Source: Octopus vulgaris | Taxonomy: Eukaryota | Length of the DNA: 64,000 nt | Direction: 5' to 3' | Assembly (NCBI GenBank): GCA_951406725.2 | Contig: OX597815.1 | Span: 197,284,001-197,348,000, forward strand | Part shown: positions 12,241-26,453 of the stretch, one piece after another | Position numbering within the stretch: position 1 is the stretch's first letter | How the letters are laid out: the number at the start of each line of letters is the position of its first letter | Notes under the pieces: generated by a model | The model's database searches: none | What the model was told of the DNA's origin: nothing | The model's input: the letters and a program-made list of their open reading frames with translations, nothing else | Made by a program: the position numbers and the translations under genes

Positions 12241-13654
12241 GGCTTCTGTTTCGTGCGCCCCTCTGTACTTATAGTTGAATAGCCAGTCTCGGTTTATTGG
12301 TCAAAGTATTCTTGCCAATGTTGCTACGTGGTGGTGAAGCGAAAGTCTTAACCACAAACATCATTTGATTATATTAACCATTGGCTGTGTTCTTTCAGTG
12401 CTGATTCTCATATATTTTAGAAAATAATAACTGAACTTTTTTCGCATTTTCTATATCCGGCGAAGTAAATAATGTGGAAAACGTTAGTAATGTTACTTAT
12501 ACTTCACAGACGTTGTCCAACATTATATGTTAAATTAGTATCAATATAATACGAAAGTGGGATGGATACTTTCGTTTGGTGAGGTAAACCATTGTTAGTT
12601 TTCTGTATTGGAGATACAATCAGTTGATCATGATAATGGAAATGAACATCAAAATATATTAGAAGTGAAATAAGCCATGGCTGATTATGTTTGGACACTT
12701 GATATCACAAACTCTGATAACTATACACAAACACACAGGAACAGAGACACAGATACACAAATTTACAGTCATACGATTATCAATAGTGGATAGATTATGA
12801 CATAACAAATAAAACATTAGTTTGCTGCCGACTAAGCTAAAACTTGAAGCTATCAACATTAATATATGGTAGACAATAGAGTATTTCTATCCGCATTTCC
12901 CCCTATCTCTCTTATATCAGCCTGTTCATCTGTCTCTATCATTCTATCTCTCAGCTTTTAGTCGAAATTGCGAGTGATTGTCCAACCATGTGCACACACG
13001 TTTGTGAGTGTCAGTTAACGTGACAAGGCTGAGGCACTCACTGTAACCAAGCCAATTTTTGACAGATGTAAACTATATGTCAGCGGTTCGGTTGCAATCA
13101 TTGTCAGTAGTTCGTCCCCTTGTCGAATTTCCTTAATCACCTTATGTTAGATTTGACAGAACATGAACTGGGAATTGAAATTCATAAATTATTGTGAATT
13201 ATTTAGTAGAATAGATAATTTATTGTTGGATATTTTATTCTCAAGTGACACTCTCGGTTGTATCTAATTCTAACAAGAGTCTCTAATGTTACAGCTAAAC
13301 TCCTCGTTTAAATCACCAGCGATATGTGATAGAATACCATAAATCAAGAGAGAAGCGCGAGACGATGTATCCCTTGAAGCAATTTGAAATATTCTGTGAT
13401 TTATTCAACGTAGTCGAAATTGATGATCAATGAAAATATATTTATAACATCAATTTAATACAGGTATAATTTAATTTGGTATATACGACGGTGAGATTTC
13501 CATTGAGACGAATTTGTACTGTTAGAAAATACGTTTATGCACTTCACAAACCGTATTAAAAGTAATAGTAACTTTCACTTCTCAAAACCGATAAATTAAA
13601 ATATATTTCACCATAATTGCAGTTCGGATATTTTAATCGTGAAAAAATAATTGT

Positions 13655-13840
13655 TTTAGGGAAGGAGTTAGTTATTACACTGACCTCTCAGCACTGCTCA
13701 CCTTCTACTTATTTCGTCAACTCTGAAACGATGAAATATAAGTCGACCTCGGCGGAATTTAAACTCACGATGTAAAGACTGACAAAACGGCTCTAAGTAT
13801 TTTGTCCGTCATTCCAACGCTTCTGCCAGCTCACTGCCTT
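13655..13840 (-). mobile_element. Degenerate family B SINE
   Basis: aagtcgacctcggcggaatttaaactcacg...ttctgccagctcactgcctt matches the family B head and body. Confidence 0.7.
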
Positions 13841-13894
13841 GCTCTAGAAGAAATAATGCGAATGTAAGCATTGTAATAAACTATAAAAATATAA

Positions 13895-14279
13895 TCTTTA
13901 TATATAAAAGAGAAGTTGTGTATCTGTCTCCTACGATTTAGATTCCTAACTACTCCCACATTTTGCGGTGCAGTTTAACCAAAACCGGGTATCTTATAGT
14001 CGTGATTCATATCGAGCCCTTCTGGGTATTAGCGCGCGTCTACGATGAGTATACGATTTAAAAACAAAAATTACCATAATTTTTTTCAATTTTAATGCAT
14101 TTTTTCGGAAGTAACTCTAAAAATGTCTACGATGAGTCAACGATTAAAAAAAAAAATTACCATCATTCTTTTTCCATTTTTAATGCATTTTCTTTGCTAT
14201 TTTTTAGCTATAACTCTCTAAAAATGCTTATATAGTTATTTCCCTTACAAACCCGAGCAACGCCGGGCGATACTGCTAG
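13895..14279 (+). mobile_element. Non-autonomous Helitron
   Basis: A|TCTTTATATATAAAA 5' end; 3' hairpin CCCGAGCAACGCCGGG then CTAG|T; second copy at 50883-51264. Confidence 0.85.
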
Positions 14280-15055
14280 TTGTATATAAATTTACTTGAC
14301 TGAAGTTTTACGTCCTGACAAGTGAAAGTAAATAAATTATGCTAATGATATCTTCGTTATTTTCTTTGGTTAGCACAAATCAGTGGAGAGCATATAAAAC
14401 TGCGAGACTTTTCTCCCACATAGTATCTCCTAAGGTCAAATGCAGTGAGAGAGTTGCTTCTAAATACTTAGGTAAAAAAAATAACCATTACGTATTAATT
14501 CTGCGCCTCAGGTTATTTCAGTATCTAGATTCAGGCTCAGGCACAGCGCATAATATACATTAAATATAATTAACGAGAAAGAACAGATATACATTCGTTT
14601 TCAATATATATATAATATTCTGTTATCGAAGCGTAGCAAATCAGGAAATCTGTTTTAACTACGTTACAAACGAAAATATACATTTGGGCTATATTCTGAT
14701 ATATATTTAAAGGGAAACATGGGATTTATTATTATATACTTTATTTTGTATGTTTCATGTCTGATACAGTCTTTCGTTTGAAAGTTTCTAAGAGTGAATA
14801 AAAATTCCCATGCATCGCTGTTGTAAATTTATTGATTTCAAGTACCGTTTTATCTTGGACAGACGCAACAATTTTCACTGTGGAACACATTTTCTAGGTA
14901 TATAGATAGCTCAATCATAGATAATTCACTATCGCCGTGTACATCATATCAATTCACTTTAGGTCACATTTAATGCTAGTCTCCTCTTATAGTCGTTGCA
15001 AATTCTTCATAATTGTATTACTATGTATCAATTGAAACAGATGCAGCTGTTGTAT

Positions 15056-15553
15056 TCTTCTTCTTCTTCTCCGAATCAGGACTCACGCTATTTGCCACAA
15101 AGAATAATCTCTAATTCGAGCCTACTCTAAGCTACTAAGAATGCGTGTGGCAACTTGAAGATCCACCCACCACTAGCGATAGACTGGCGGTTGCACGGGC
15201 GCGAAAGCTTCGTTGTTATTCTCATTCCGTAAACGGTGGCTTTTAACGGGTGGGGAGCTGAACCATCCTGGGGTACAGAGGATTCGCAATCTTGATAGGT
15301 TCTGAAAGTTTTACCGCACCATAGTGGGTTACACCATGGTTCATCTGTTTGTGACAGAAGTAGGAAGAAAGAGTGAGAGAAAGTTGTGGTGAAAGAGTAC
15401 AGCGGGGTTCAAAACTCCCACCCCCCGCTAGAGCTTCGTGGAGCTTCGGTGTTTTTGCTCAATTAACACTCACAATGCCCGGTCTGGGAATCGAAACCAC
15501 GTTCTTACGGCCACGAGTCCGCTGCCTTAAACACTGGGGCATTGTGCCTCCAC
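15056..15553 (-). mobile_element. Family D tRNA-headed SINE (15340-15553), possibly continuous with an RTE-like 3' part ending in (GAA)n
   Basis: Head homologous to 29090-29258 (GGTTTCGATTCCCAGAC B-box); (TTC)n at 15056-15070; continuity of the two parts is uncertain. Confidence 0.55.
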
Positions 15554-15949
15554 TGCAGCTGTAGTTTAACTGCGAGTCAGCTCTGAATGAAGAGATATGT
15601 GAAGAAAGTCACCTGGGCTCTTTTTACATAAGAAAATAGCGTTTCAGTAGCCTTCCACTTTTGAAAATGTTTGAAAGATTTTGGTGAACAGATTGATTCC
15701 TATACATAACAGAACAATTGATCACGAAATCAAGAGTGTTAATATTGAAACCAACGTTTAAATAGTACGCAGTACGGCCTGTAAAAATGTGGCATACGAT
15801 ACAATCTCGTATGTCCTCTTCACTTGTGTAAGCAGTGTCATCAGAAATAGTCAAATAGTTCCAATTGTATAAAATTATGATGAAGGTCATTTTTTATCCG
15901 TGATACTTTAATATCGCAAGTAGATGTTTCTAAAAGAGCAAATTGTTTA

Positions 15950-18900
15950 CATTCTCTTTGTTTCATCTCCTATCTCACTAGTTAATATGTTGATGATTGA
16001 ATTCCATACGTCTGTGTTATATTCAAACGGAGGGTCAGAAAATATTAAACATCTGTCACTTATTCATCAGTCTATATTCGGAGACTGTATCTGCTCTATT
16101 GAATCAGCATTTCGTAACTCTCATTCGCCATGGAGTACACTGAAGTAATGTAAATACCGAGCTGGGTTTTAAATGATATATTGGCTTAAATAAATAAGAC
16201 AGTTCAAGTGTCTGTAAATGATAAACCTATATTCTCTTCATTTCTCTCTATCCTGTTTCATTATATGGCATTCACAATCCAAATATCATAATTTTTTAGG
16301 CATTTAGTAGAGTTTAATAGACAGCCAGTATTTAGAATCAGTCCAAAAAGTTATGTGGAATGTGAAAACATATAGGAGATATCCTCAGTATTTTAAATCT
16401 CTTTCTCAATTCATTAATTCTTATCACTCAATCCATTACATTTTTTTCTCTGAATTCCACTTCTCTAGAACTTTCTTTTGGATTTTATCTGCATTTATAT
16501 TATACTTACCTGTAATTAACTGACAATCTGTTTTACTGTCATTTTTATTACAGAATATTTATTATCTTTGAGTAATTTTCTGAATCTGTTTCTTTGGCGA
16601 AGTTTCTATAATCTCGAGCGTTTTTGTCATTATCTTTCAGGCTTTTCTTTCAAGAATATGAAGGATGGGGCTCAACATAGCACCCTAATTTTAGCCAATA
16701 CTCATTAATTCAATCTCTCATTGGTCGACTAGCAATTTCTACTCGCCATCATTTCACACGCTCAATATTCTTCGAAATCGTATCAGTATTTGCTAGTTAA
16801 CATTTCCATCTTACACAATTTGGTCAGCCATTTATTCTATTTATTTTCCCAGCACTTTTGTCTTATATCTGAATGTGATCTGAGATCTAATTAAATTAAT
16901 TCTATCTGCTATAAATGCCTTCTCACAGCCCGTTCATGTACATGCGATCAAATACTACTTGATATTAAGTAGGAACACCTTCGCAGTAGTAACATTTATT
17001 ATTATTATTTATTTCACCATACCATCCTTCCGGCAGAAAATATATATCACAGGAATCTGCATGTAACTGCATGTAACAGTTTCTTACAAATACTTTGATC
17101 TAAACGGTTTTCTAGTTCCCGAAAAAGTCATGAGGGGAAAGCTTTTCGCACTCCATACTTGACAAGAAGCATATGTCGAATAAATTATTTCCCCCTTAAT
17201 TTTACCTAGAACTATAAACAGATAGAGCTATAGTTCCTTAATTTTTAATCCAACCATCAAATCTGAATCTATACAATTTCATGATTATAGTTTATGGAAC
17301 ATGCTTCATAATTGAGTTTCACTTCATTATTTAGAACTATTAAGAAACAAGATATCTGGACTCTCTGATCTTGTGAAGTTGTATGCAATTGTATTCAGAG
17401 CGTTGGGGTTGGACTTTATCCTCATTAATGGTATGTTTCCAATCATTTTCTTTTTCATATTGAGGAAACAATTTGATCTCAGCTGGATCATTATTAATGG
17501 CTGCTATAAAATTTCGAATATCGAAAATTGGTGACTAGTGAAAGTATAGTTTACGGCATGCTTGAACTCCGAGACATAAATGCGTTCTAATATGATTTCT
17601 TCTACTTGGTAGTGAAGACATTTTGAGTATGGCTCAGGAATTCACAATGACAGACAGATAAAAGAGTAAGAGCCTCTCTCTGAATGATACTTGCTGTTGT
17701 TGGAAACTCTTCATGTAGACTATTTATGAATTGCAAAATATTTGAAGGGTTTGCGTATATAAAGGTAATGGCTTCAACAGTTTCATTTAGAGATAGTTCT
17801 TTTGACAATACCACAGCTTCTAGAAGTATATAATTTAAATCGGTGCATTTTGCTTGGAAATTCTGAGCTCTTGTCTAATTCTTCTATAAGAAATATTTGC
17901 GGTTATGTTAATCTGTCTTTGCAGAAAACGTTTTTACTTTTTCGAATGATGAAAAGAATGTGGTGCGGAATTCCGTTTAAGAGCATAAATGTTTCAGTTT
18001 AGAACTACGTATTTTCCATTTAGTTCTCAGGCAGCTGAAGATAGCTGTTCTTTGGAAAAACAAAATTTAAATACTTCGAAAAGGTTGTTAGCTTCATTTA
18101 CTTATCTCCTTAGAGAAATCGATCACACTTGTGATGAAGAGATAAAAGTTGATTTGCTCTTTGAAATATTTTCAAACTATTCTATAGATTAAGGGGCAGT
18201 CTACTTTGGCAAGACGTCTGCTGAAAAGCGAACTTTGTCAAGTTTCGTGTTACATCCTTTCACTTAACCAAGAAGAAATTTTGTGGGCTAAAATCAGAAC
18301 CCAATTGTTGTGTAGCGAATGTCTCGTCATTGGGACAGACCACTTGTTAGTAAGTTTTGTCAGAGCTGCACAAATGGTCTAAACACATTCAACTTGAGAC
18401 CAAATGTATGTTCTTCTTTATATTTCTCATCACCTGAAGCTTTAAGGAAATCGAATTAGCTTTTAGTATTCGTTGCACAACTTCACTGATGTTTTTTGCG
18501 CTGTTTGCTTCAGATGATCCTAGACCCTATATACCAGCTCACTGCAAAGGAGTTTGCCACTTCCTAAGCAGGCTACCTATTTGAGGTTTTGCAGGAAAAT
18601 CAATATATCCATTTTTCTTTCATTCAAAATCTGATATAATTATATATCTTCGTTCTTTACAACTTAATATTTTACGTAGCATGTATTATATGAAATGAAC
18701 GTAAACACATATATTCAGTGCTTCAAATTGCGAAATGAAATAACTAATATTAGTTACCCGGCTGTTAATTTTAAGAATAATTTTTGCATGAGTTTTGCAT
18801 CTAAAATACGTGGCTGTTTTGTGATCCTTGTCGTATTTTAGCCAAAATTTAGGTCTGATTAAGGAAACTGCTCATATATATATTAATTCAGGTGGCTTTT

Positions 18901-19000
18901 CTATAAAACACATAGCCACAAAGTTATAAAACAGCATTAGGTACATATACATCCATGTTGGCTTTCTATAAGATATATAGTAATAAGTTATAAAGAGATG
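15950..19000 (-). pseudogene. Fossil ISL2EU/Harbinger-like DNA transposon (DDE_Tnp_4-like transposase plus possible SWIM/YqaJ exonuclease remnants)
   Basis: Minus-strand remnants CFIEKPPEL (about 18885-18910), WLKYDKDHKTATYF and TICAALTKL (18351-18380); downstream YASC (SWIM-like) and EVKCPY-like / YY.Q..G.M.VT-like remnants that need frameshifts; many stops. Confidence 0.45.
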
Positions 19001-19553
19001 TTATGTGCACAAATATTTTGTATAATGAAGGTTTCTATGATATTATATCTTTACCGCCAAAGCTCAGATATTGGCATGAATAGTTTCATAAATTTTTACA
19101 TGCTGCAGGTACTAAAGAAGCATGTTTTCATATAATATTACGTACGGCAATATAATTAGAGTAATTCCGTACAATATACGCACATTAACACAAGCGAAAA
19201 GTAATACCATAAAATAAAAATGTATGAATATATAAATAATAAATATAGAAGCAATCAGCTAGCTTCTAAAAAAAATTTGCACTAAACTTAACGATCGTTA
19301 ATGCTTCCCACCATTAACAGAGTAAATAAATATTCATATATGATACATGATACATACTTGCATAAACGCGAACATAAAAGCAAATTAAACGGATATTCAT
19401 CACATACGACGATGAACATTGATATTGTTCAATAAACTAAAGTACACACTGACTAAATTACTATTAAAGAGGATGAGTATTTAACAGACGTGTGTAGCAT
19501 TAACGTTATGAATCGACGAAAGCATATGTGACATGGCTCGATAATATGAGAGA

Positions 19554-19648
<95 letters not shown>

Positions 19649-19743
19649 CAGATATATATAAACAGCAATATTGTACGCATGCCCATACGTATAAATAAGA
19701 CTACATTTGTGTGTATACATACATATATACATACATATATATG

Positions 19744-19830
<87 letters not shown>

Positions 19831-20329
19831 TTACATATATGTGTGTGTGTATCTGTGTGTGTGTTTATATCTGGAATAGGAACAAATAGAATAATTACCA
19901 AAATAAAGAAATAATGGGGTGAATTCTATCGACTGAAACTGTTTCAAAGCGCTGTTTCACCATGACCCGCAGTCTAATTACTCAAACAATTAAAAGATAT
20001 ATGTACGTATGTACATATCTCTCTGTATTTATTTCTGCAATTTCTGGTTCTTAAAATATTTCATGTATTTTATTCGAGGCAGTGACAAGTTTTTGTTGTT
20101 GACAACGTATGCTTTTATGAGATTTTATGAGAAGCTGGAATAATTCTTTCCTGGCGTTAGTTCTCGAAGAACAGAAGGGGAAACATCCTTTTGGGCAGAA
20201 AAAGTCGACTGGCGGCCGTAGATCTCGAATCCATATCTCTCGTAGACATGATATATGGTCTACCATTAAAAAAATCCCTTTGCATCACGTGAGGCAAGAG
20301 AACTTTTTAGATCGAACACTTTGTATTTA

Positions 20330-20642
20330 TCTTTTCTACTATAGGTACAAAATCTGGATTTTGTGGGGTGGGGTGTTGTCTATTATATTGACCCTAATGT
20401 TCAAATGGTACTTAATTTATCGAGCCCCAAAATATGATGGCAAAGTCGTCCTCTGCAGAATTTGAGCTCAGAACATGGTGACGAGTAAAATACCTATTTC
20501 TTTACTATCTCCAAGGGGCTAAACACAGAGGGGGACAAACAAGGACAGAAAAAACGGATTAAGTCGATTATATCGACCACAGTACGTAACTGGTACTTAT
20601 TTAATCGACACCGAAAGGATGAAAGGCAAAGTCGACCTCGGC
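20330..20642 (-). mobile_element. Family B SINE, two tandem partial units
   Basis: tatttctttactatctccaaggggctaaacacagagggg...gaaaggatgaaaggcaaagtcgacctcgg, preceded by a more diverged unit. Confidence 0.8.
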
Positions 20643-20644
20643 TT

Positions 20645-20900
20645 TACAAGTATATAGATTCAATGCGACGCATGGTGATGTGAGGTAGAGTTGGAGGAGG
20701 GATAAAGAAAGGAACATAGAGAGAATGATGTAGTAGAGAGGAGGGTGAGGTACCTAAAGTGGGGTTCGTACTTAGAAGAGATCGAAAAGGTCATAAAGAA
20801 GAGGAAGCGATCAACAAGGATACCTAGAACATTCCTCGTCAGATATAGGAGAAGCAGCCAAATAATTGATGGAAATGTTACTAGTCTGGTTTATAGTCCT
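20645..20900 (-). pseudogene. Degraded CR1/L2-type RT C-terminal fragment
   Basis: Minus strand gives VLGILVDRFL and SLCSFLYP-type remnants like the CR1 LG...D..L.F region. Confidence 0.35.
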
Positions 20901-20934
20901 CACCTTTTCACAACGATACAGGTGTCATAACTTC

Positions 20935-22250
20935 TTCGGATTTCTTCTAGCCACAGAGCAGCCTGGTTAAACTCCTTCGTTTCACTCCAGATTTTCCTCA
21001 AGCCGTCTATGACTTCTCGTGAAGGAGCTTCTGTGATGTTCACTGCTCCTCCTCTCATGTCTTTGTATACTACTGTCTGGTTCTAGTCAATGTTTTTGTT
21101 TATCGTTTTTCTCTCGGTTATTCTCTGGTTTCAGAGCTTCTCACTGATAGCTTTTAGCTTCTGTTTGAGGGTAATCAGTTTACAAGTGATTGTCCTCTTA
21201 TTTTTTCTGTCTCTAGATATCATTTCTATCTTCTTTACTTTCTGTTTGTGAAACGTATAGTGATTTTCTTGTTTGTGCGTAATAGGCATCATCACATAAC
21301 TCATGGGCTTCCGTTAACCAGCTATCTTTTATTTGTCTTAAAAGCCAATGATGGTACTTCAAAACCCATCATGGTTTTGTTCACTCTTTCAATGTCATAC
21401 ATATACTTCTTTGCAGTTGTAGCCAGGGCATATAGACAGGCGTTAATCTGCCAGAATTTGGGTTCATCACACTGTTGTAAATACTCATTACCAATTTCAT
21501 TAACATCTTTTAATACCGTATCTGGTGTATTTTCTTTTACTTACTTTTGTAGAAAATGCTCACTCCTCGTAAGAGTCCTTCAAAGCGAAATTTTTTTTTA
21601 TCTCGGAAAATTTCAGTAAAGGCGCATTTCTCCGGCATATAATCCTGACTGCAACTATTACTGCAATAAACATTGCGGTTGTGCCTGCTATTTACCATAG
21701 TCGTAGTTGGAGGACAGTGGTCAGTTACTTTAGCCAGTATAATGTAGTTTGTCTGGCAGGCATTACGGAATCTGTTGGAATGTCAGTAGCTGCGAAACCA
21801 CACGGTGGTCTTACATCATTCACGTGTTCGTTTTTGTTCATAGAATTTGGAAGAAGGTTAATTTTCGATTTTTTAAAACAAAGCTACAATTACTAAACTT
21901 CTACCTGTGTTCTGCAAAAGCTGCTTGTTGGTGTAGTTGCTTCGCAGTAAAATGATTTAATTCTGGATGCAGATCGTCCCAATATGATTTCAATCGATTC
22001 ATATAGCCAACAACGGGGTTTGGTTTCGCATTTTTGTAGCAGTTAAATAGATCTATATTCAGTGCAGAGCTCCAAGAGAAATGAGTTTTGTAATTAAGGT
22101 TTCTTCTATAACTACAGCTAGGAAGAATTTGTTTGCTTGTTGAGCTGTTGTTTTCGTTCTGTTCCTCGACTACGTTGTTGTTTATGTTGTATCCTGCTAT
22201 GTTGTTTGTAGTAACTCTCTGTATGCTAAATTCAAGTTTCAGTCGAAAAT
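20935..22250 (-). pseudogene. Degraded R4/Dong-clade LINE, N-terminal part
   Basis: WSSALNIDLFNCYKNAKPNPVVGYMNRLKSYWDDLHPELNHFTAKQL, FWQINACLYALATTAK, NQTVVYKDMRGG...KIWSETKEFNQAALWLEEI. Confidence 0.75.
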
Positions 22251-22458
22251 CTCTACGATCGTGAATAAAAGGCTCCCTCAGTTAATTCATCTGCAGATTA
22301 ACCAGTTATTTATCAAGGCTGATAGTTGTGGCTGGGGAAAATATTCATCGTATTTTCGATAAATAGTTTCCCACCCAGATACGCGACTTTCGATTCAAAT
22401 GTGTATATGTTTGTGTTTGTTTGTATGTGTTTGTGTGTGCTTGTGTGTGTGTGTGTCT

Positions 22459-22524
<66 letters not shown>

Positions 22525-23169
22525 ATGCATGTATGCAAAAATCTATGCATAAATAAATTTTATACAAAATGCGCTGAGCTGAAATATTCAAGCAAAATAC
22601 AGAAAATGCTTAAAATTCGAGATGAAGAAAACTCTCGTAGTTTATGTGTCAAGTTCCTCTTATTGTTCATAAACCATTCCACAACTGTTACATTCGGTTG
22701 AAAATTTCTTTAACAACATCTTCAATGGCATTCTGGTCTGAACATTGCAAGGATAATCTCAGTGATCTGCAAATATCATCTCCCTTCTCTTTTTCGTATG
22801 AACGAGACTGTCCTACATACGAAAGTATACGTTTCTGTAAAGAAGTGCGTGTGTATTTATATGTATAGCGTGTCTCTCAATTTCATTTTCGCTCAATACA
22901 TATAGAAATTCACACATACGTTGTTGCACACATACATTCATACATACATATGTGTGTGTGTGTCTGCTTGCGTGTGTGCGTGTGTGTGTGCACGTAAGTG
23001 TATATGCGTAGGCCTGTGTGTTTCTGACTATACCTGTGCGTGAGTGGATATTGACTACTCTGTGAAAGAAAAGCTATAATTATTGAATATATTTTATTGT
23101 CTATTCCACAATGTCCCACTTTTCAATGTTCATTAGCAGATCATTCAGAATTTCCTGCGCAGTTTTTGT

Positions 23170-23560
23170 CTATTTTGTTTTCTGTACTATGGTTAAATAT
23201 GAACTCATCGTACATTTCAATTATAGAGGCAATAAACAGTTTTTGAAATATATAAATTGCCCTCGTAGGTGTTCAAGAAAATAGAAGCAGTCTTTTTCTA
23301 ATATAATCTATTTCTGTTAGTAATAATACCATAATACATTTAGCTTCGTTTTTTTGTTCATGAGATAATAGAATCCACAGAACAAAATATTTTAATCACA
23401 ATAGGCATCTAACTGTTTCATTCAACTGAAGTTAGCATTGCTTGTATTTTAGGCTAGTCCGAGAAATCAGGATGTATAGAAAATTCAGAAATATACAATG
23501 AGGATTTGTGAGAAAACTGATTCAATGAATAGTCAAAATTAACATAAAAAATTCACAATG
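23170..23560 (+). pseudogene. Possible degraded LINE AP-endonuclease fragment
   Basis: IALVGVQENR remnant resembling the APE DI..LQE.R motif. Confidence 0.3.
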
Positions 23561-24146
23561 AAAAAGAGCCGCCGACAACTCATAAATTTAAAAGTATTGT
23601 TAGATCAATATGATAATAAGGCTAGGAACAAGATAACTTCAAATAATATAGTAATCAAAGAGATTTGTTGATATACTAAACAAGATGTCTAAGGACTGAT
23701 TGAAAACAAAAACAAAAATAATTTTATAGACGTATTTAGAAAACAACAATGGCTTGAAATAACCATTTCTATTTAAAACCAAATTTGTAAATACACGTAC
23801 AAAAATACTAAATTAAGAACTGCTTTTGAAATAAAGCTATGCTTTGAACAATAAATTACAATTTATATTAGAAAATTTAATTCAAATAAAGTGAATAAGC
23901 TAAATAGGCAAATATATGTTAGAGTATATCTGTCTCTCTGTATTTATGTACGTATCTATGTTTGTATGTATATATATGTATGTACCATTTAATCTATACT
24001 TCCCGGTATAGTTACATATACACAAAAATACACACATATATTTATATATGTATATGTGTGTGTGTGCATTTTTTGCATGTATGAGTACATATGTATATAT
24101 ATATATATCTTATGTGAAATATATATATATATACATATATATATAT

Positions 24147-24204
<58 letters not shown>

Positions 24205-24360
24205 GAGTTCAGCAAAATTTAGATTCAGATTACTATGGTACATAAGCTGAAGGTTGCTCGACATTTTAAAACTGATGTAATACATACAGTGTTTAATAAA
24301 AAGAAGTAGCATGAATCAAATGTACTACTCTACCTTCGATATCCTTGTTGCTTATTTTGA

Positions 24361-24414
<54 letters not shown>

Positions 24415-24617
24415 TTTCTCAAACGTGAAATCAACTGGTATTGAAACATGCATTGCTTATCGATGTATTCAAAGCAAAGGTAAACCTATTTCTGAACTGT
24501 TCATTGCATTGCTCGTGTGTATTTTCATCGTAATTTTTATGGTGGTTTTTGGAGCAATGGCTCTGATGCAAAAGTGGTATTCTATACCTTACCCAATCTT
24601 AAATTACTATATAAATA

Positions 24618-24648
<31 letters not shown>

Positions 24649-24850
24649 ATAATTATTATATGAGGGGAAAAAAATTCAATTTATTTTACAAATTATTTAC
24701 GTTTTTATTATTATATTTTTGCAATTTACTTAATCATTGACATTTTATTGTTATTTTAATTTTAATATTTCTGTTATATGTAATTTTCTAGATGTTGTAA
24801 TTTAATTGTTCATTTTGAATTGATAAAAGGTGTTTTCTTTCTAATTTTAT

Positions 24851-24919
<69 letters not shown>

Positions 24920-25608
24920 ATCAATATAGGGTGGCAAAAAATTTCGTAGAATTTATACATATATATATACATACTTACAGACATACATGCATGCGTACAT
25001 TTATACATACTTATATACGTACATATACACATACTTTCATACGCGCAAGCACATACACATACACATACAACACACAGACATACACACATGTATTCCAAAA
25101 ATACTACTTTACCATTTGAATAATATATATTTTATATATATATTTCAATAATTATTTTATGATACACCTTGCAAATCTAGACTGGAATATAGATTTGTGG
25201 ACTGCATAGGTGAAAGTCTCCAGAGACAATTGGCTCATTCCAGCAATTTCATATGTAAACATCTGTTAATGAGAAACCATTGCATGATACATAACGCACT
25301 TATGCAGAATGTAGAAATCATAGCACGAAAACGTATGTATTTCCTACACTACGTGTCCGAACACATTGCTTCTTATTGATTAGGCAGACATTATTCTAAT
25401 CGACTATATAGTTACTATAATTATTCCTTAACGAATTTCAGTCGTTGTTTGACAAGGCGCCTATTCTACCTGCCGGAATATTGCTCATCCACGACTTAAT
25501 TTTCCTGTTCCTGACATGACACGATGAATATAACTTTGACTAACCACGTTCAACTCGAAAGTATCCACACTAAAATTATGCATCATACATCAAGGGATAT
25601 ATTGCTAA

Positions 25609-25896
25609 TGTGAAGGCGCATGGCTCAGTGGTTAGAGTGTCGAGCTTATGATCGTGAGGCTGTGAGTTCGAATCCAGGACCGGGCTGCGTGTTGCGTTCT
25701 TGAGCAAGACACTTTATTTCACGTTGCTCCAGTTCACTCAGCTGTAGAAGTGAGTTGAGACGTCACAGGTGCCAAGCTGTATCGGCCCTTGTCTTTCCCT
25801 TGGATAACACTGGTGGTCTTGTCCGGGCTCGTGCCTTCGACGGTAACTTTCTAGGTGCAATCCGACAGTCATTCATGACCGAAGGGGTTCTCAAAA
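25609..25896 (+). mobile_element. Family C SINE with 10-bp TSD
   Basis: GGCGCATGGCTCAGTGGTTAGAG...GAGTTCGAATCC head; TSD ATATTGCTAA at 25599-25608 and 25897-25906; internal deletion relative to 70-396. Confidence 0.9.
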
Positions 25897-26405
25897 ATAT
25901 TGCTAACAGTGTGCTTCCACTTTTCTCGAGCAATAGATTGATTTCATCGCGATTTATTTCCTTTCCGGAGTTGTGCATCCTGTCGGAAGCACCACCGCTG
26001 ACTGCTTTCATGTTTTACTAGTTAGATCAGAATGACTACACTTGATTCAATTGCTTAATAAAATAACGCTTATTGCTTTCATAAATATCGCTAAATAATT
26101 ACATATTAGAAGGCGATGTTATATGTAATTACCGCATTATAGAAAATGTCTATTTACCCCTTGTATGTCAATTTTTTCCCTTTCGTTTAAATGAAGTGAT
26201 AATTGCAATGCCTGCCGGTTAAAGTGTAGAATACAGTGATAATGCTTATGGGCCAGACGTAGTTGTATAAGAAATTTGCTTCTCAGATAAATCGTTTCAG
26301 GGTCAATCGCACTGCATGGTACTTCGGACTAAATGTTTTCTGCTATAGCTCCGACCATGCAAAGGCTTGAGAGTGGATGTGGTAGACGGAAACTGAAAGA
26401 AGCAT

Positions 26406-26441
<36 letters not shown>

Positions 26442-26453
<12 letters not shown>

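Noticed and set aside
25611-25690. tRNA-like sequence (also 29185-29258, 320-396, 5482-5520)
   Set aside because: A and B boxes are present but there is no acceptor stem, and each runs into a SINE body; these are SINE heads, not tRNA genes.
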